From: Proteromonas lacertae
Lineage: Eukaryota
Length of the DNA stretch: 32,281 nucleotides
Assembly: GCA_002245135.1 (NCBI GenBank)
Contig: NGBS01001219.1
Coordinates: 1-32,281 of the forward strand
Direction of reading: 5' to 3'
Shown here: positions 22,896 through 32,281 of the stretch, piece by piece
Numbering within the stretch: position 1 is the first letter of the stretch
How the letters are laid out: every line of letters starts with the position of its first letter
Translations under genes and position numbers: made by a program
The notes under the pieces: generated by a model
Told to the model about the DNA's origin: nothing
Seen by the model: only the letters and a program-made list of their open reading frames with translations
Database searches by the model: none

Positions 22896-23690
22896 TTATT
22901 TATTAAAATAAATTACATTTTTCTTTATCCAATCTATTTCACTTACACTTTTCAGCCTATCACTTACTGTGTAATTATATTTTAATCCCTTCATCTCAAA
23001 TAGTTTTATAACATCTTCTCTCTTTTTGTTATTAACATGAAAATGTCCTACTTGACCGATCCTTGCCCATGTTATTAATATACCTTCTTTACTGCATTTT
23101 ATTAAATTATTTATATATATTTCTTCAAATTTCTTAAATATATGTTCAGCTACTTCTACAGATATTACTAAATCATAGTTACATTCAAATTGAATTGGTA
23201 AAGCTAAATTTAAATATTTTACTGTAGAATTTGTTACTTCTTCAATATTAACTGCACCATCATAACTATCACATTTATTAACAGTATTAGATAAGAATGA
23301 ACAATATTGACCTAATCCACACCCTAAATCAATAATTGATTTATCATGGAACATATTTGAGATTTCTTTTGCAAGACCTCTATCTAATGCAAAATTACCT
23401 CCAACTTGTATATTTTCTTTATTCAAGCAAAAACCTCCCCAATAACCTATCCCTTTACATTTACATGATAAGTTGTTCATATAATTTACATATTCTTTGT
23501 ATGTACTTATGTTTATATCATTTTTGTTATATGTATTACAGTTAGTCTTGAGTATTAACATATCTCTCTTCATATTATCATTTAAATAAAACTTAGTTAT
23601 TCTATCTCTTTTAATTTTTGGTTTGCCTAATCTTTGCACAACCATAAAAAATGAAAATAAAATTAACAAAAGAACTAATATAATATTCAT
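22896..23690 (-). CDS. Class I SAM-dependent methyltransferase with N-terminal signal anchor
   Basis: IIDLGCGLGQY motif I, YDLVISVEVAEHI, GQVGHFHVN; hydrophobic N-terminus. Confidence 0.88.
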   Translation of the reverse strand: MNIILVLLLILFSFFMVVQRLGKPKIKRDRITKFYLNDNMKRDMLILKTNCNTYNKNDINISTYKEYVNYMNNLSCKCKGIGYWGGFCLNKENIQVGGNFALDRGLAKEISNMFHDKSIIDLGCGLGQYCSFLSNTVNKCDSYDGAVNIEEVTNSTVKYLNLALPIQFECNYDLVISVEVAEHIFKKFEEIYINNLIKCSKEGILITWARIGQVGHFHVNNKKREDVIKLFEMKGLKYNYTVSDRLKSVSEIDWIKKNVIYFNK

Positions 23691-23722
23691 TTCTCATTTA
23701 TATAAGTTAATAAACGATATAG

Positions 23723-24631
23723 TTAAACTACATCAAATTCTTCTTTAAGAAAATTAAATCTATCATCAGTCGGTAATGGAATTAACTTACTATCATAATC
23801 AACTATATTAATTCTTTTCCTATCAAAAATGCTTTGGTGATTTTTAATACAATCCAATATATAGTCTCTATTAGTAAAAGGAGGTTTACTGTATTCTATG
23901 TGTGGAAAACTATATAACTTTTTTTGTATCAATGATATATTTTTATAGCAATATGAGCAATGAGTTTGAGAAGGAAATATGGGAATACCATTAGTTTTAC
24001 ATAAATTATATCTATTATCTCTATATTTCTGAATATTATTATTACAATTAGATGCTTTAACTACAATAACACCTGGCCATGAGTCCTTGAATCTATGTCT
24101 ATAATTATAATAGTACATATAACCATTCAACACATAAACATCTTCAGGAGGATTATCTTTTATATATTTCATAGCATCAGATGTAGGAATTTCATCTATA
24201 TCACTTAAAATAACTATTGATTCTTTACTAATATTTAATGATTTTACAGCATTACTAAGTTGATTTCTATGATAATTATCTCTACACCATGATGATTTAC
24301 ATTCAGGAGGAAAAGTAAAATTGTAGAATAATATTTTACTTTTATAATTATCAATATATGATTGAAAAGGTGAAAAACTAATGTCAGGCTGAGGTTTACC
24401 TGAATGTGTTTCATTTGTTGTTACAATTAAAAAATAATCTACATATTCATTCATTCTTGTTAATCGTATACTTAGCATCATAGATTCTTGAAAATACGAA
24501 AAAGAGTCTATAATTAGCTTCTTATTTTTATCAATAATGATTTGAAGCGATGTATTATTATGTTTCTTTAAACATTCATAAAACACAAATATAATTATTG
24601 CTAATAAGGATAATAAGATATAGTTTATCAT
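23723..24631 (-). CDS. GT17-family (MGAT3-like beta-1,4-GlcNAc transferase) type II membrane protein
   Basis: FSYFQESMMLSIRL, VDYFLIVTTNETHSGKP, RDNYHRN, ILSDIDEIP, HCSYC, KKLYSFPH. Confidence 0.88.
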   Translation of the reverse strand: MINYILLSLLAIIIFVFYECLKKHNNTSLQIIIDKNKKLIIDSFSYFQESMMLSIRLTRMNEYVDYFLIVTTNETHSGKPQPDISFSPFQSYIDNYKSKILFYNFTFPPECKSSWCRDNYHRNQLSNAVKSLNISKESIVILSDIDEIPTSDAMKYIKDNPPEDVYVLNGYMYYYNYRHRFKDSWPGVIVVKASNCNNNIQKYRDNRYNLCKTNGIPIFPSQTHCSYCYKNISLIQKKLYSFPHIEYSKPPFTNRDYILDCIKNHQSIFDRKRINIVDYDSKLIPLPTDDRFNFLKEEFDVV

Positions 24632-24664
24632 TTCAATATTAAATAATCACAAAATTATTTTGTT

Positions 24665-25370
24665 ATGTGTAATTCTTTTTCCAATTCTTTTATTATTTTT
24701 ATCACGACAGAAAATAGAAATTCCTTAAATCATGTTGAGATACATATAAACAAATATTCTTTTAACTTAAGAGAAAACTATATAGAATATATGAAAAAAG
24801 TCATTTTAAATAGTATATATGAAGATGTTAAATGGGTAATTGATGGAATAATTGTTGGAGAAACTATTCAGTAATCAATAAAAGCATTGTTATTTAAATA
24901 ACTACAAATTATTATGTATTAAAGTAATTTTTGAAGAAACAATATTGGATTATAACATAATAATTACTTTAAAAGACCATGATATTAACTATGATGTATC
25001 TGCATTCTAAATTATTAACCAATACATAAGTTTATTCAAATATATGTTGAATGTAATTATTGTTTTGTTCCTCCATTTCTATCGGTTCCTTACCATAGAA
25101 TACAATGTACAACCCCATCTCAATCATACTTCTGTTATTTGAGTGAAATTATTTATTAGAATGAAATACAATAACAGATTTGGAAATAGCAGAATTAAAT
25201 ATTGTGAATCAAAAATTAGAAATACAATGATTATTATCAATAAAGAATAAAATGTTTGAAAATTCAAGCTTTCATTGCATTTTTGATATAGACTGTAACT
25301 TACCTTATTTTCTTTCATAACAGAAATTCTATCAAATATATTCAAAAATTAGTGGAAATAGATAATAAAT
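24665..25370 (+). pseudogene. Heavily decayed gene relic, possibly alpha-1,6-fucosyltransferase-like
   Basis: Coding-like sequence with many stops. EIQ*QIWK*QN..YC...RNTMII...FHCIF loosely resembles the QNxxxC region of GT23-like enzymes. Weak. Confidence 0.3.
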
Positions 25371-25384
25371 TTTATGTTTGTTTA

Positions 25385-26344
25385 CTATACCCAAGGATGA
25401 GATCTAATTCCTTTTTTTCTCAAGCGAAGAAATTTCTTAGTTGCGCAATATAAGCTGCAATTATCATCTACCTCTATTTTCCAAATATTTATCATAAATG
25501 GTTCATTGAAATGATATTCGAAATAAAACTCATCGGGAATTGCATCATTATGCTCAAGTAAATAATTAAAAATAGGATTTTCCACAGTAGATTTATCCAC
25601 ATCTAGTTTAAATATGATATAAGAATCTCTCATATATTTCCTAATATGTTTCAATGGATTATCATTTGAATTTATATCTATTTTAATAGGTCTATTATTA
25701 TATTGATATATGTTTTTTAAATCTATAGGTATTTCTTCTTTTAATTTACTAATGTTTTGTATTTTTGATTCCCATAAAATCCATTTCTTATATTTTATTC
25801 CAGAATATTTCTTATAAAAATTGTAAAAATAACTCTGACTTGCTCCTCCAGCTCCTTCATTAAAAGTCGATGCTCCAGCGTCAATAAAAACTATTGATCT
25901 CTTACTTGCTAATATATATGAAGGCAAAAGATAATCCTTTGATAATAAATCGTTATTTGAACCAAAATTACAGGCTGAATAAGTATTTCTCAAAATGCCA
26001 AATAAAGGCTCTATATATTCTTTAATAATCTCACCATTTTGTCTTTTGTATATAAAATATGATAAATCACTACCTCTACATTTTTCAGGCTGTTGGCTTT
26101 TACACCTATTAATATCATTTTGTAATATATATAGTCTATCCTTAAATTGTTTTATAAGGCTACAATAATTCTTGCTATAATCAGTTTTGTGATTAGATAA
26201 CACATTTAGCCAATCATTTTCCAATAGTGAAGAAGTATAATTAAGAAACATATATCTCTCATTAATTTTTATCTTTATTTTGCAAATTATTATATAGATT
26301 ATTAGGAATATTAATAGTAGAGTCACAATGAAATAATTATTCAT
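25385..26344 (-). CDS. FkbM-like SAM methyltransferase-fold type II membrane protein
   Basis: N-terminal TM; VFIDAGAS, ILWE, IIFKLDVD...E, DEFYFEYH. Confidence 0.7.
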   Translation of the reverse strand: MNNYFIVTLLLIFLIIYIIICKIKIKINERYMFLNYTSSLLENDWLNVLSNHKTDYSKNYCSLIKQFKDRLYILQNDINRCKSQQPEKCRGSDLSYFIYKRQNGEIIKEYIEPLFGILRNTYSACNFGSNNDLLSKDYLLPSYILASKRSIVFIDAGASTFNEGAGGASQSYFYNFYKKYSGIKYKKWILWESKIQNISKLKEEIPIDLKNIYQYNNRPIKIDINSNDNPLKHIRKYMRDSYIIFKLDVDKSTVENPIFNYLLEHNDAIPDEFYFEYHFNEPFMINIWKIEVDDNCSLYCATKKFLRLRKKGIRSHPWV

Positions 26345-26630
26345 TTATGAATTGCTTTTCTAAAACAAATAATTTATCGTTTTAGTATGTTATTAGAAAT
26401 ATAGTATATATTATAAGAAAAATGTAATTGATAGTTTTATTTTAAATAACAACCACATAGATAATATATATTGAAAGTTAAAAATGTTAAATATTGAAAA
26501 AGACAAGGTAAGTTGTAAAATAATAATTTATTTCTTTAGTTAGATGAAGTTGATGAGTATAGCATAAAGATGAAGGATGAGTTGTTTGATAATTTGAGAG
26601 AATTCTTTAACTTTAACTTTAATTAATTAA

Positions 26631-28364
26631 TTAATAATTAAGAATTATTCAAAATTATCAATTATTATATTATTTACGTTTATTTTTTTATTGTTATACA
26701 ATTACAATTATAAATTATATGTATTTGAAAAGTTAAACAAATTTACTTTTAGAAAATGCATTTTTTTAAACGCATGGAGAAATAGAAATTCTCTTATATA
26801 TAATGAATTTATGAATTCATTAAACGAATCAAAATTGTTACAAGAATGTGAATCTACATCACTAGCTAGAGATTATGAAATAAAAGAAATATTGATAAAA
26901 TATGGGTTTAAAAATGTTGATATTTTATCAAATTTTGATGAATTTAATGTATTAGAAAGAATTATAAATTATTGCAGCAATAGTAAAAATGAAAATGCAT
27001 ATATATTATATATTCATTTTAAAGGATCATATCATGATAATAAAGAGAATCGTGAATTAAGAAAGATGTTAATATATTATGTTATTTTAAATTATAAAAA
27101 ATGCATTATTAAATTACAAAATGGTGCTGATGTATGTGGATCAAGATACTCATTACTACCTTATAGACATTATTCTGGTAATATGTGGTGGTCGAAGTGC
27201 AGTTACATAAGAACATTAAAGAAGCCTAAATATACAATATTTGGTAAAAGGTACACTGCTGGCTTTAATGGATTTAATGGTGATAGATATTCTGCAGAAA
27301 AATGGATTATGAGTAATAGTCAATCAATTCCATCTGATTTAATGTCTGATGATATAGAATTTTCATATAATTATGGAAATGAATATTTGTATAAAAGATG
27401 GATTAAAAACCCACAAAAATTAAAATTTTCACCAAATTTCAATATATTATATTCAACTGTAAAATTTAACAAAGAAATGAATTTTTATCCTCATACATAT
27501 TACTCTCTCTATTTTAATTTATTATATGATTATGAAGTATATTTTAATTACAACAAAACTAATCTATTTAATTTAGGATGGTGTAAGGCACTGCTTTATT
27601 CACAAAAGAGTGATTTTAATTACAGTGATAAAGATTCAATCAACATTGTTTACAGCATGGTAGAATATTGTAAAATAGTAAGCAAATTTAGAATTATTGA
27701 TACAGATTATAAATTTGAGAAATTTATATCTACAAATAAGGATGTCATATTTTTATCGAACACTATATGTAGTGATAAGAATATCAGTTCAAATTTTAAT
27801 GATTTCAATATTATATGTAGTAAAACTAATAATATTAATAAGGATTATTCAATTATATATGATATTTGTAGTGATAAATCATTTAATAATAATATTTACT
27901 ATTCTCATAGCTATAATGATATATTACACTTAAGATTAAGATGTGAAAAATCAAAAGAATTTTGTGGTAAATGGTTTATATATCCTTTTCGAGGAAATGA
28001 TATTGGATGGAAAGCTTCTTCTCAATTCATTAGAAATGCAGGAAAACCGAAGTATTATTTGTATGAAGGAGATGAGCTAAAAGAAAATTATGAATATTAT
28101 TATGGTTTTAACAATTATTCATATTTACATTGGCCTATAGCTGATCCATTTCATAAATTAGATTGTAATGATTTGAATAAAACAGTACGAAATATACAGA
28201 TTCTATATTCTGTATTATTAAATGCAGTATTTGATATAAATACTAATGTATTAAACAAAGATAACATACATAAATGTTACTGGTGGTGTAACTGTTTTAT
28301 TTTCAATACTAAAGATAAGATTTATCAATCGTTATATTACTTTTGTAATATTTGTAACAAATGA
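26631..28364 (+). CDS. Uncharacterised putative glycan-modifying membrane protein with an internally duplicated domain; start codon unclear
   Basis: The frame is open from 26631 and includes a TM (SIIILFTFIFLLLY) with no ATG before it. Motifs ILYIHFKG, DVCG...HYSGNMWWSKCSYIRTLKKPKY and DRYSAEKWI; a second degenerate copy EFCG...FRGNDIGWKASSQFIRNAGKPKY. Confidence 0.7.
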   Translation, partial: LIIKNYSKLSIIILFTFIFLLLYNYNYKLYVFEKLNKFTFRKCIFLNAWRNRNSLIYNEFMNSLNESKLLQECESTSLARDYEIKEILIKYGFKNVDILSNFDEFNVLERIINYCSNSKNENAYILYIHFKGSYHDNKENRELRKMLIYYVILNYKKCIIKLQNGADVCGSRYSLLPYRHYSGNMWWSKCSYIRTLKKPKYTIFGKRYTAGFNGFNGDRYSAEKWIMSNSQSIPSDLMSDDIEFSYNYGNEYLYKRWIKNPQKLKFSPNFNILYSTVKFNKEMNFYPHTYYSLYFNLLYDYEVYFNYNKTNLFNLGWCKALLYSQKSDFNYSDKDSINIVYSMVEYCKIVSKFRIIDTDYKFEKFISTNKDVIFLSNTICSDKNISSNFNDFNIICSKTNNINKDYSIIYDICSDKSFNNNIYYSHSYNDILHLRLRCEKSKEFCGKWFIYPFRGNDIGWKASSQFIRNAGKPKYYLYEGDELKENYEYYYGFNNYSYLHWPIADPFHKLDCNDLNKTVRNIQILYSVLLNAVFDINTNVLNKDNIHKCYWWCNCFIFNTKDKIYQSLYYFCNICNK

Positions 28365-28589
28365 TATAATAAATTGTTATACAATAATAAATCGTTCTAT
28401 AAATGTGTTTCTTTATTATAATAAAATACTTAATAAACACATTTATTGATAAATATTTTCTATATATATGTTTATTCATTTTTCAATAGTGTATTGGATA
28501 ACAGCTAATTTCTGATTTATAAATTATATCTAAATAATTCCATTTTACATTCTTCATCTAACAATTTACTTAAATTGATATTATTTATA

Positions 28590-29524
28590 ATGATGAAAAT
28601 ATATTTATGGTTATGTATTTTGTTCATAATGTCAATATCTATAAGTCATACACAAAATTTGTTGAATCGAAATGGAATAGTTTTAACAAAAACAAAGACA
28701 TCTGTAGCAATTATTCTCCCAATCACAACAAAAAGAAATAAGATAAGTAAATTTCATCCTAACCCTTCTCATTTATTACTTATGAATTACTTTCTTCCAT
28801 CATTCTTGTCTTCAATTGAACCAGCATTGTATGAATATAAAATATACATTGGATATTCTAAGGATGATGAATATTTGTCAAATAATGTCTTTCTATCTTC
28901 ATTAAAAGATAAAATGAAAAACAATTCATTTAGTGTATAATTAATATATTCAATAGTTAGAGTTTATAGTTCATAGCTTATTTAGATTAGTTGATATGTA
29001 TAATTTATTAGCAAAAAAAGCTTATCATGACGGTTATGATTATTTTATAACAATGAATGATGATGCAATAATAACAACATTAAAATGGACATCAAAAATG
29101 ATACACATTATAAAAAATAATGCAATTCTTTCAAATTTTGGTACAACTGGTTTTGTTAATAAGATTGAAGTAGTAAACGAACCATTTGCACAATTCACAT
29201 TTGTTTCAAGAGTTCATTTTGACATTTTTAATCAACAGTTATATACTTCAGTATATTTTTATCTTATGTATATAGGCTCTTCCAAATTGGGGTATAGATA
29301 ACTGGATATGTAATATTTACAAAGTGTTTGATAGTTTTTATTATGATACTAATCTAACTATGATAAATCATGTTGAAATAGGAGTAGCAAGATATGAAAT
29401 TGATTATAGTTTTAAGAAGAGATTGAAAGTTGAATTGAAGAAAGGAATTGAAAGAATAAAAATTTATTTAGATAATAGAAAGATAAAATATAATTTGGTT
29501 CTAACAAAAGTATTAAATAAATGA
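28590..29524 (+). CDS. GT2-like (GT-A fold) glycosyltransferase, 3 exons (introns ~28935-28956 and 29251-29275)
   Basis: Signal anchor; VAIILPIT, FLPSF, IYIGYSKDD, NLLAKKAYHDGYDYFITMNDD, FVSRVHFDIF, LPNWGIDNWI. Both GT-AG introns restore the frame. Confidence 0.8.
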
Positions 29525-30545
29525 TGTCAATATTATTTGCCTTCTTATTGATAGTTTTATCTATATTATTATTATTGATTATTTTAATGTTTTATACAAA
29601 CAAAGTAAGTACTAAAAAGATGATAAGTATAGGTACTACAAATTATATTGAAAAGGTTATAATTGATAAATATAATATAACAGAAAGTGATTGGTGTTCA
29701 GTAGAAATAGAATCATACATTATACTATTCTTTTTATGTTTTGAGAAAATTCCAAATATTAGTATTAATATTACTATACTATTATAGATTGTTTTATAAA
29801 CAACAAAAATTCAAAATTTATTTTTCATATAACTACCAACAATCATATTTATGACATTCCTACATCGCCTATGCATATAAATAGCTATTGTTTATATAAA
29901 GAAAAAATAAGAAGTATTCCTAAAATATCACCATATAATACAAATATAAAGAAAATGCAAGTAAGGAATAAAATACTTGAGAATATAAATAAAGGTATTG
30001 AAAATAATTTAGTTTTGGGAAGTGGTCATTCATTAGGATACAAAGATAATAACTTTCCTAGTTTCATTTCTACTGATCAAGATGAATTAGATTTAATGAA
30101 TAGGTTTGAATTAACTCAATATATTCCCAAAGAATCTTTATCAACTATACTTGCAAATCATGTATTAGAGCATATATATCCTAATTCTATATTTAATGTT
30201 TTAGAAAATATTCATTATATGAATAAATATGGCGGATATTTAGTATTATGTGTTCCTGATTTGCATTCATTTGAAAGTGTATATTACAAAAACAAAGAGG
30301 AAGCTATACTATTCCAACCAAAAGCATCTCATCACATATATTACACTTTAGAATCTATATCATATATTCTAAACGAGATAGGATATGAAGTAAGCCCTTT
30401 ATATTATCATAATAATGATGGAACGTCCAATAGAAATATTAAAGCATTTAAATTGTTGGGTAGTATGAAAATAAAAGATTATATCAATGAAATTTTAAGA
30501 GTTGCATCTTATTCATTATGTGTTGCTGGAAAAAAAATTAAGTGA
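29521..30545 (+). CDS. Class I SAM methyltransferase with signal anchor, 2 exons (intron 29762-29787)
   Basis: TM; a 26-nt GT-AG intron joins ORFs 29521 and 29871 in frame; LVLGSG, ILANHVLEHI, GGYLVLCVPD. Confidence 0.82.
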
Positions 30546-30695
30546 TTGAGTATGTAAAAATTGTAAGAAATTATAAAAATCATGATTTACTTTTTCATTT
30601 ATAATTTTTAGGTTATATGTTATTTCATATTGTTGACTATCAACGTTAAAAGACTATTACAATTTAAATAATTCTATTATAATATCTTTTTTAGA

Positions 30696-31577
30696 ATGGA
30701 TTTTCTTAATTTGTTTGTTAATATGCTAGTTTTACTAATGTTGTTATATATTATAAAACTATTAAATAACTCTCCTATACAGTCTATTGATAAATTATAT
30801 CTTAATCAGACATCTAGAAAACTAAGAATTGAAAGTAATTTATATCCTAGATTATGGAGTTGTTTATATAAAAAAGAAGATGAAACTCATAAATTATCAT
30901 ATCATAGTCAATCAGGCGAGGATAAATTATTCAATTATTATTACTTTAAAAACAAATTAAATGGTATTTATGTGGAATTGGGAGCTTTAGATGGAATTAC
31001 TTTTAGTAATACCTACTTTTATGAAAACTATTTAGGATGGTCTGGCATTTTGATAGAAGGAGGATATGATAATTGTATGAAACTAATTAACAATCAAAAC
31101 AAAAGGCCTAGATCACAGATTATCTGTTCAGCTATATGTAAGAATGAGTTTACTGAGTTTAAAGATTTAGAAGCTGTAGGTGGAATTACGAATGAATTAC
31201 CTTCAAATTGGTTTGGATTAGATAAAAAAAAATCAATTACAGTTAAATGTAGTAATATAAGCAATATTTTACATATTCACAAATTAACACACATCGATTT
31301 CTTTTCATTAGATGTTGAAGGATCAGAATTAAATGTATTAGAAACATTTGATTTTTCCATTTATGTTCATTATTGGACTATTGAATTTAATAGTGATAAA
31401 GAATACAAAAATGAAAAGGTTAGAAAATTATTGCTAGATAATGGATATACTCATTGTTTTATGAAAATACAAAACAGAAATGAATGTTGGGAAGATAAAA
31501 ATTACGACAATAAGGTAGATAAGTTAATTGAAGAAGAGAATAATTATAGATCAAATTATGGTGTTAAGTGTTTTTGA
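30696..31577 (+). CDS. FkbM-family (Methyltransf_21) methyltransferase, type II membrane
   Basis: TM; YHSQSGED, GIYVELGALDGITFSNTYFYE..LGWSGILIEG, HIDFFSLDVEGSELNVL. Confidence 0.92.
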   Translation: MDFLNLFVNMLVLLMLLYIIKLLNNSPIQSIDKLYLNQTSRKLRIESNLYPRLWSCLYKKEDETHKLSYHSQSGEDKLFNYYYFKNKLNGIYVELGALDGITFSNTYFYENYLGWSGILIEGGYDNCMKLINNQNKRPRSQIICSAICKNEFTEFKDLEAVGGITNELPSNWFGLDKKKSITVKCSNISNILHIHKLTHIDFFSLDVEGSELNVLETFDFSIYVHYWTIEFNSDKEYKNEKVRKLLLDNGYTHCFMKIQNRNECWEDKNYDNKVDKLIEEENNYRSNYGVKCF

Positions 31578-31584
31578 TATTAAT

Positions 31585-31915
31585 GGGGTTAGGGTTATGG
31601 TTAGGGTTAGGGTTAGGGGGTTAGGGTTAGGGTTAGGGTTAGGGTTAGGGGGTTAGGGTTAGGGTTAGGGTTAGGGTTAGGGTTAGGGTTAGGGTTAGGG
31701 TTAGGGTTAGGGTTAGGGTTAGGGTTAGGGTTAGGGTTAGGGTTAGGGGGTTAGGGTTAGGGTTAGGGGTTAGGGTTAGGGTTAGGGTTAGGGTTAGGGT
31801 TAGGGTTAGGGTTAGGGTTAGGGTTAGGGTTAGGGGTTAGGGTTAGGGTTAGGGTTAGGGTTAGGGTTAGGGTTAGGGTTAGGGGTTAGGGTTAGGGTTA
31901 GGGTTAGGGTTAGGG

Positions 31916-31956
<41 letters not shown>

Positions 31957-32281
31957 GGTTAGGGTTAGGGTTAGGGTTAGGGTTAGGGTTAGGGTTAGGG
32001 TTAGGGTTAGGGTTAGGGTTAGGGTTAGGGTTAGGGTTAGGGTTAGGGTTAGGGTTAGGGTTAGGGTTAGGGTTAGGGTTAGGGTTAGGGTTAGGGTTAG
32101 GGTTAGGGTTAGGGTTAGGGTTAGGGTTAGGGTTAGGGTTAGGGTTAGGGTTAGGGTTAGGGTTAGGGTTAGGGTTAGGGTTAGGGTTAGGGTTAGGGTT
32201 AGGGTTAGGGTTAGGGTTAGGGTTAGGGTTAGGGTTAGGGTTAGGGTTAGGGTTAGGGTTAGGGTTAGGGTTAGGGTTAGG
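31585..32281 (+). repeat. Telomeric (TTAGGG)n array
   Basis: About 700 bp of TTAGGG to the end of the window. Variant units (TTATGG, TTAGGGG, TTAGGGGG, TTTAGGG) occur only in the proximal ~350 bp. Confidence 0.99.

Noticed and set aside
17537..30720. Blastocystis-type TGTTTGTT motif and polyadenylation-created stop codons
   Set aside because: The occurrences seen (~17537, ~25376, ~30712) are not placed just downstream of a recognisable gene end, and the intact genes have encoded stops.
13465..31577. Bacterial contaminant or intact endogenous giant virus as the source of the glycan cluster
   Set aside because: The genes have eukaryotic signal anchors, two have spliceosomal introns, the cluster is contiguous with a telomere, and no viral core genes are visible. 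Ancient lateral origin of single genes is not excluded.
31585..32281. CRISPR array or prokaryotic repeat
   Set aside because: A 6-bp tandem unit without spacers at the sequence end; a canonical telomere.

Overview
This is the right end of a chromosome from a very AT-rich eukaryote, ending in about 700 bp of TTAGGG telomere (31585-32281). It has tiny GT-AG introns of 22-40 nt and Ig/Cys-rich surface-protein relics, so a Blastocystis/Opalinata-type gut stramenopile is my inference, not a demonstrated identity. The window has three zones. (1) 1-12.9 kb is a mosaic of disabled gene fragments: an LRR protein, a Cys-rich surface protein, an axonemal-type dynein heavy chain, a Crinkler/RHS-type tandem P-loop NTPase + restriction-endonuclease-fold gene running in frame into the 3' half of CTR9, and an Ig-like membrane protein. 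It also holds one solitary 5S rRNA gene. (2) 13.4-20.5 kb has two fucosyltransferase genes and a decayed inverted duplicate of them. The duplicate is interrupted by a 2011-bp Mutator-like element with 493-bp TIRs, a 9-bp TSD and a ULP1-protease remnant. (3) 20.7-31.6 kb is an extremely compact array of mostly intact type II membrane glycosyltransferases (GT31 x2, GT17, GT2-like, one unknown family) and SAM methyltransferases, running to within 7 bp of the telomere. The best candidate for an undescribed system is this telomere-linked surface-glycan synthesis and methylation locus. All family calls come from motif recognition by eye; no database searches were run.
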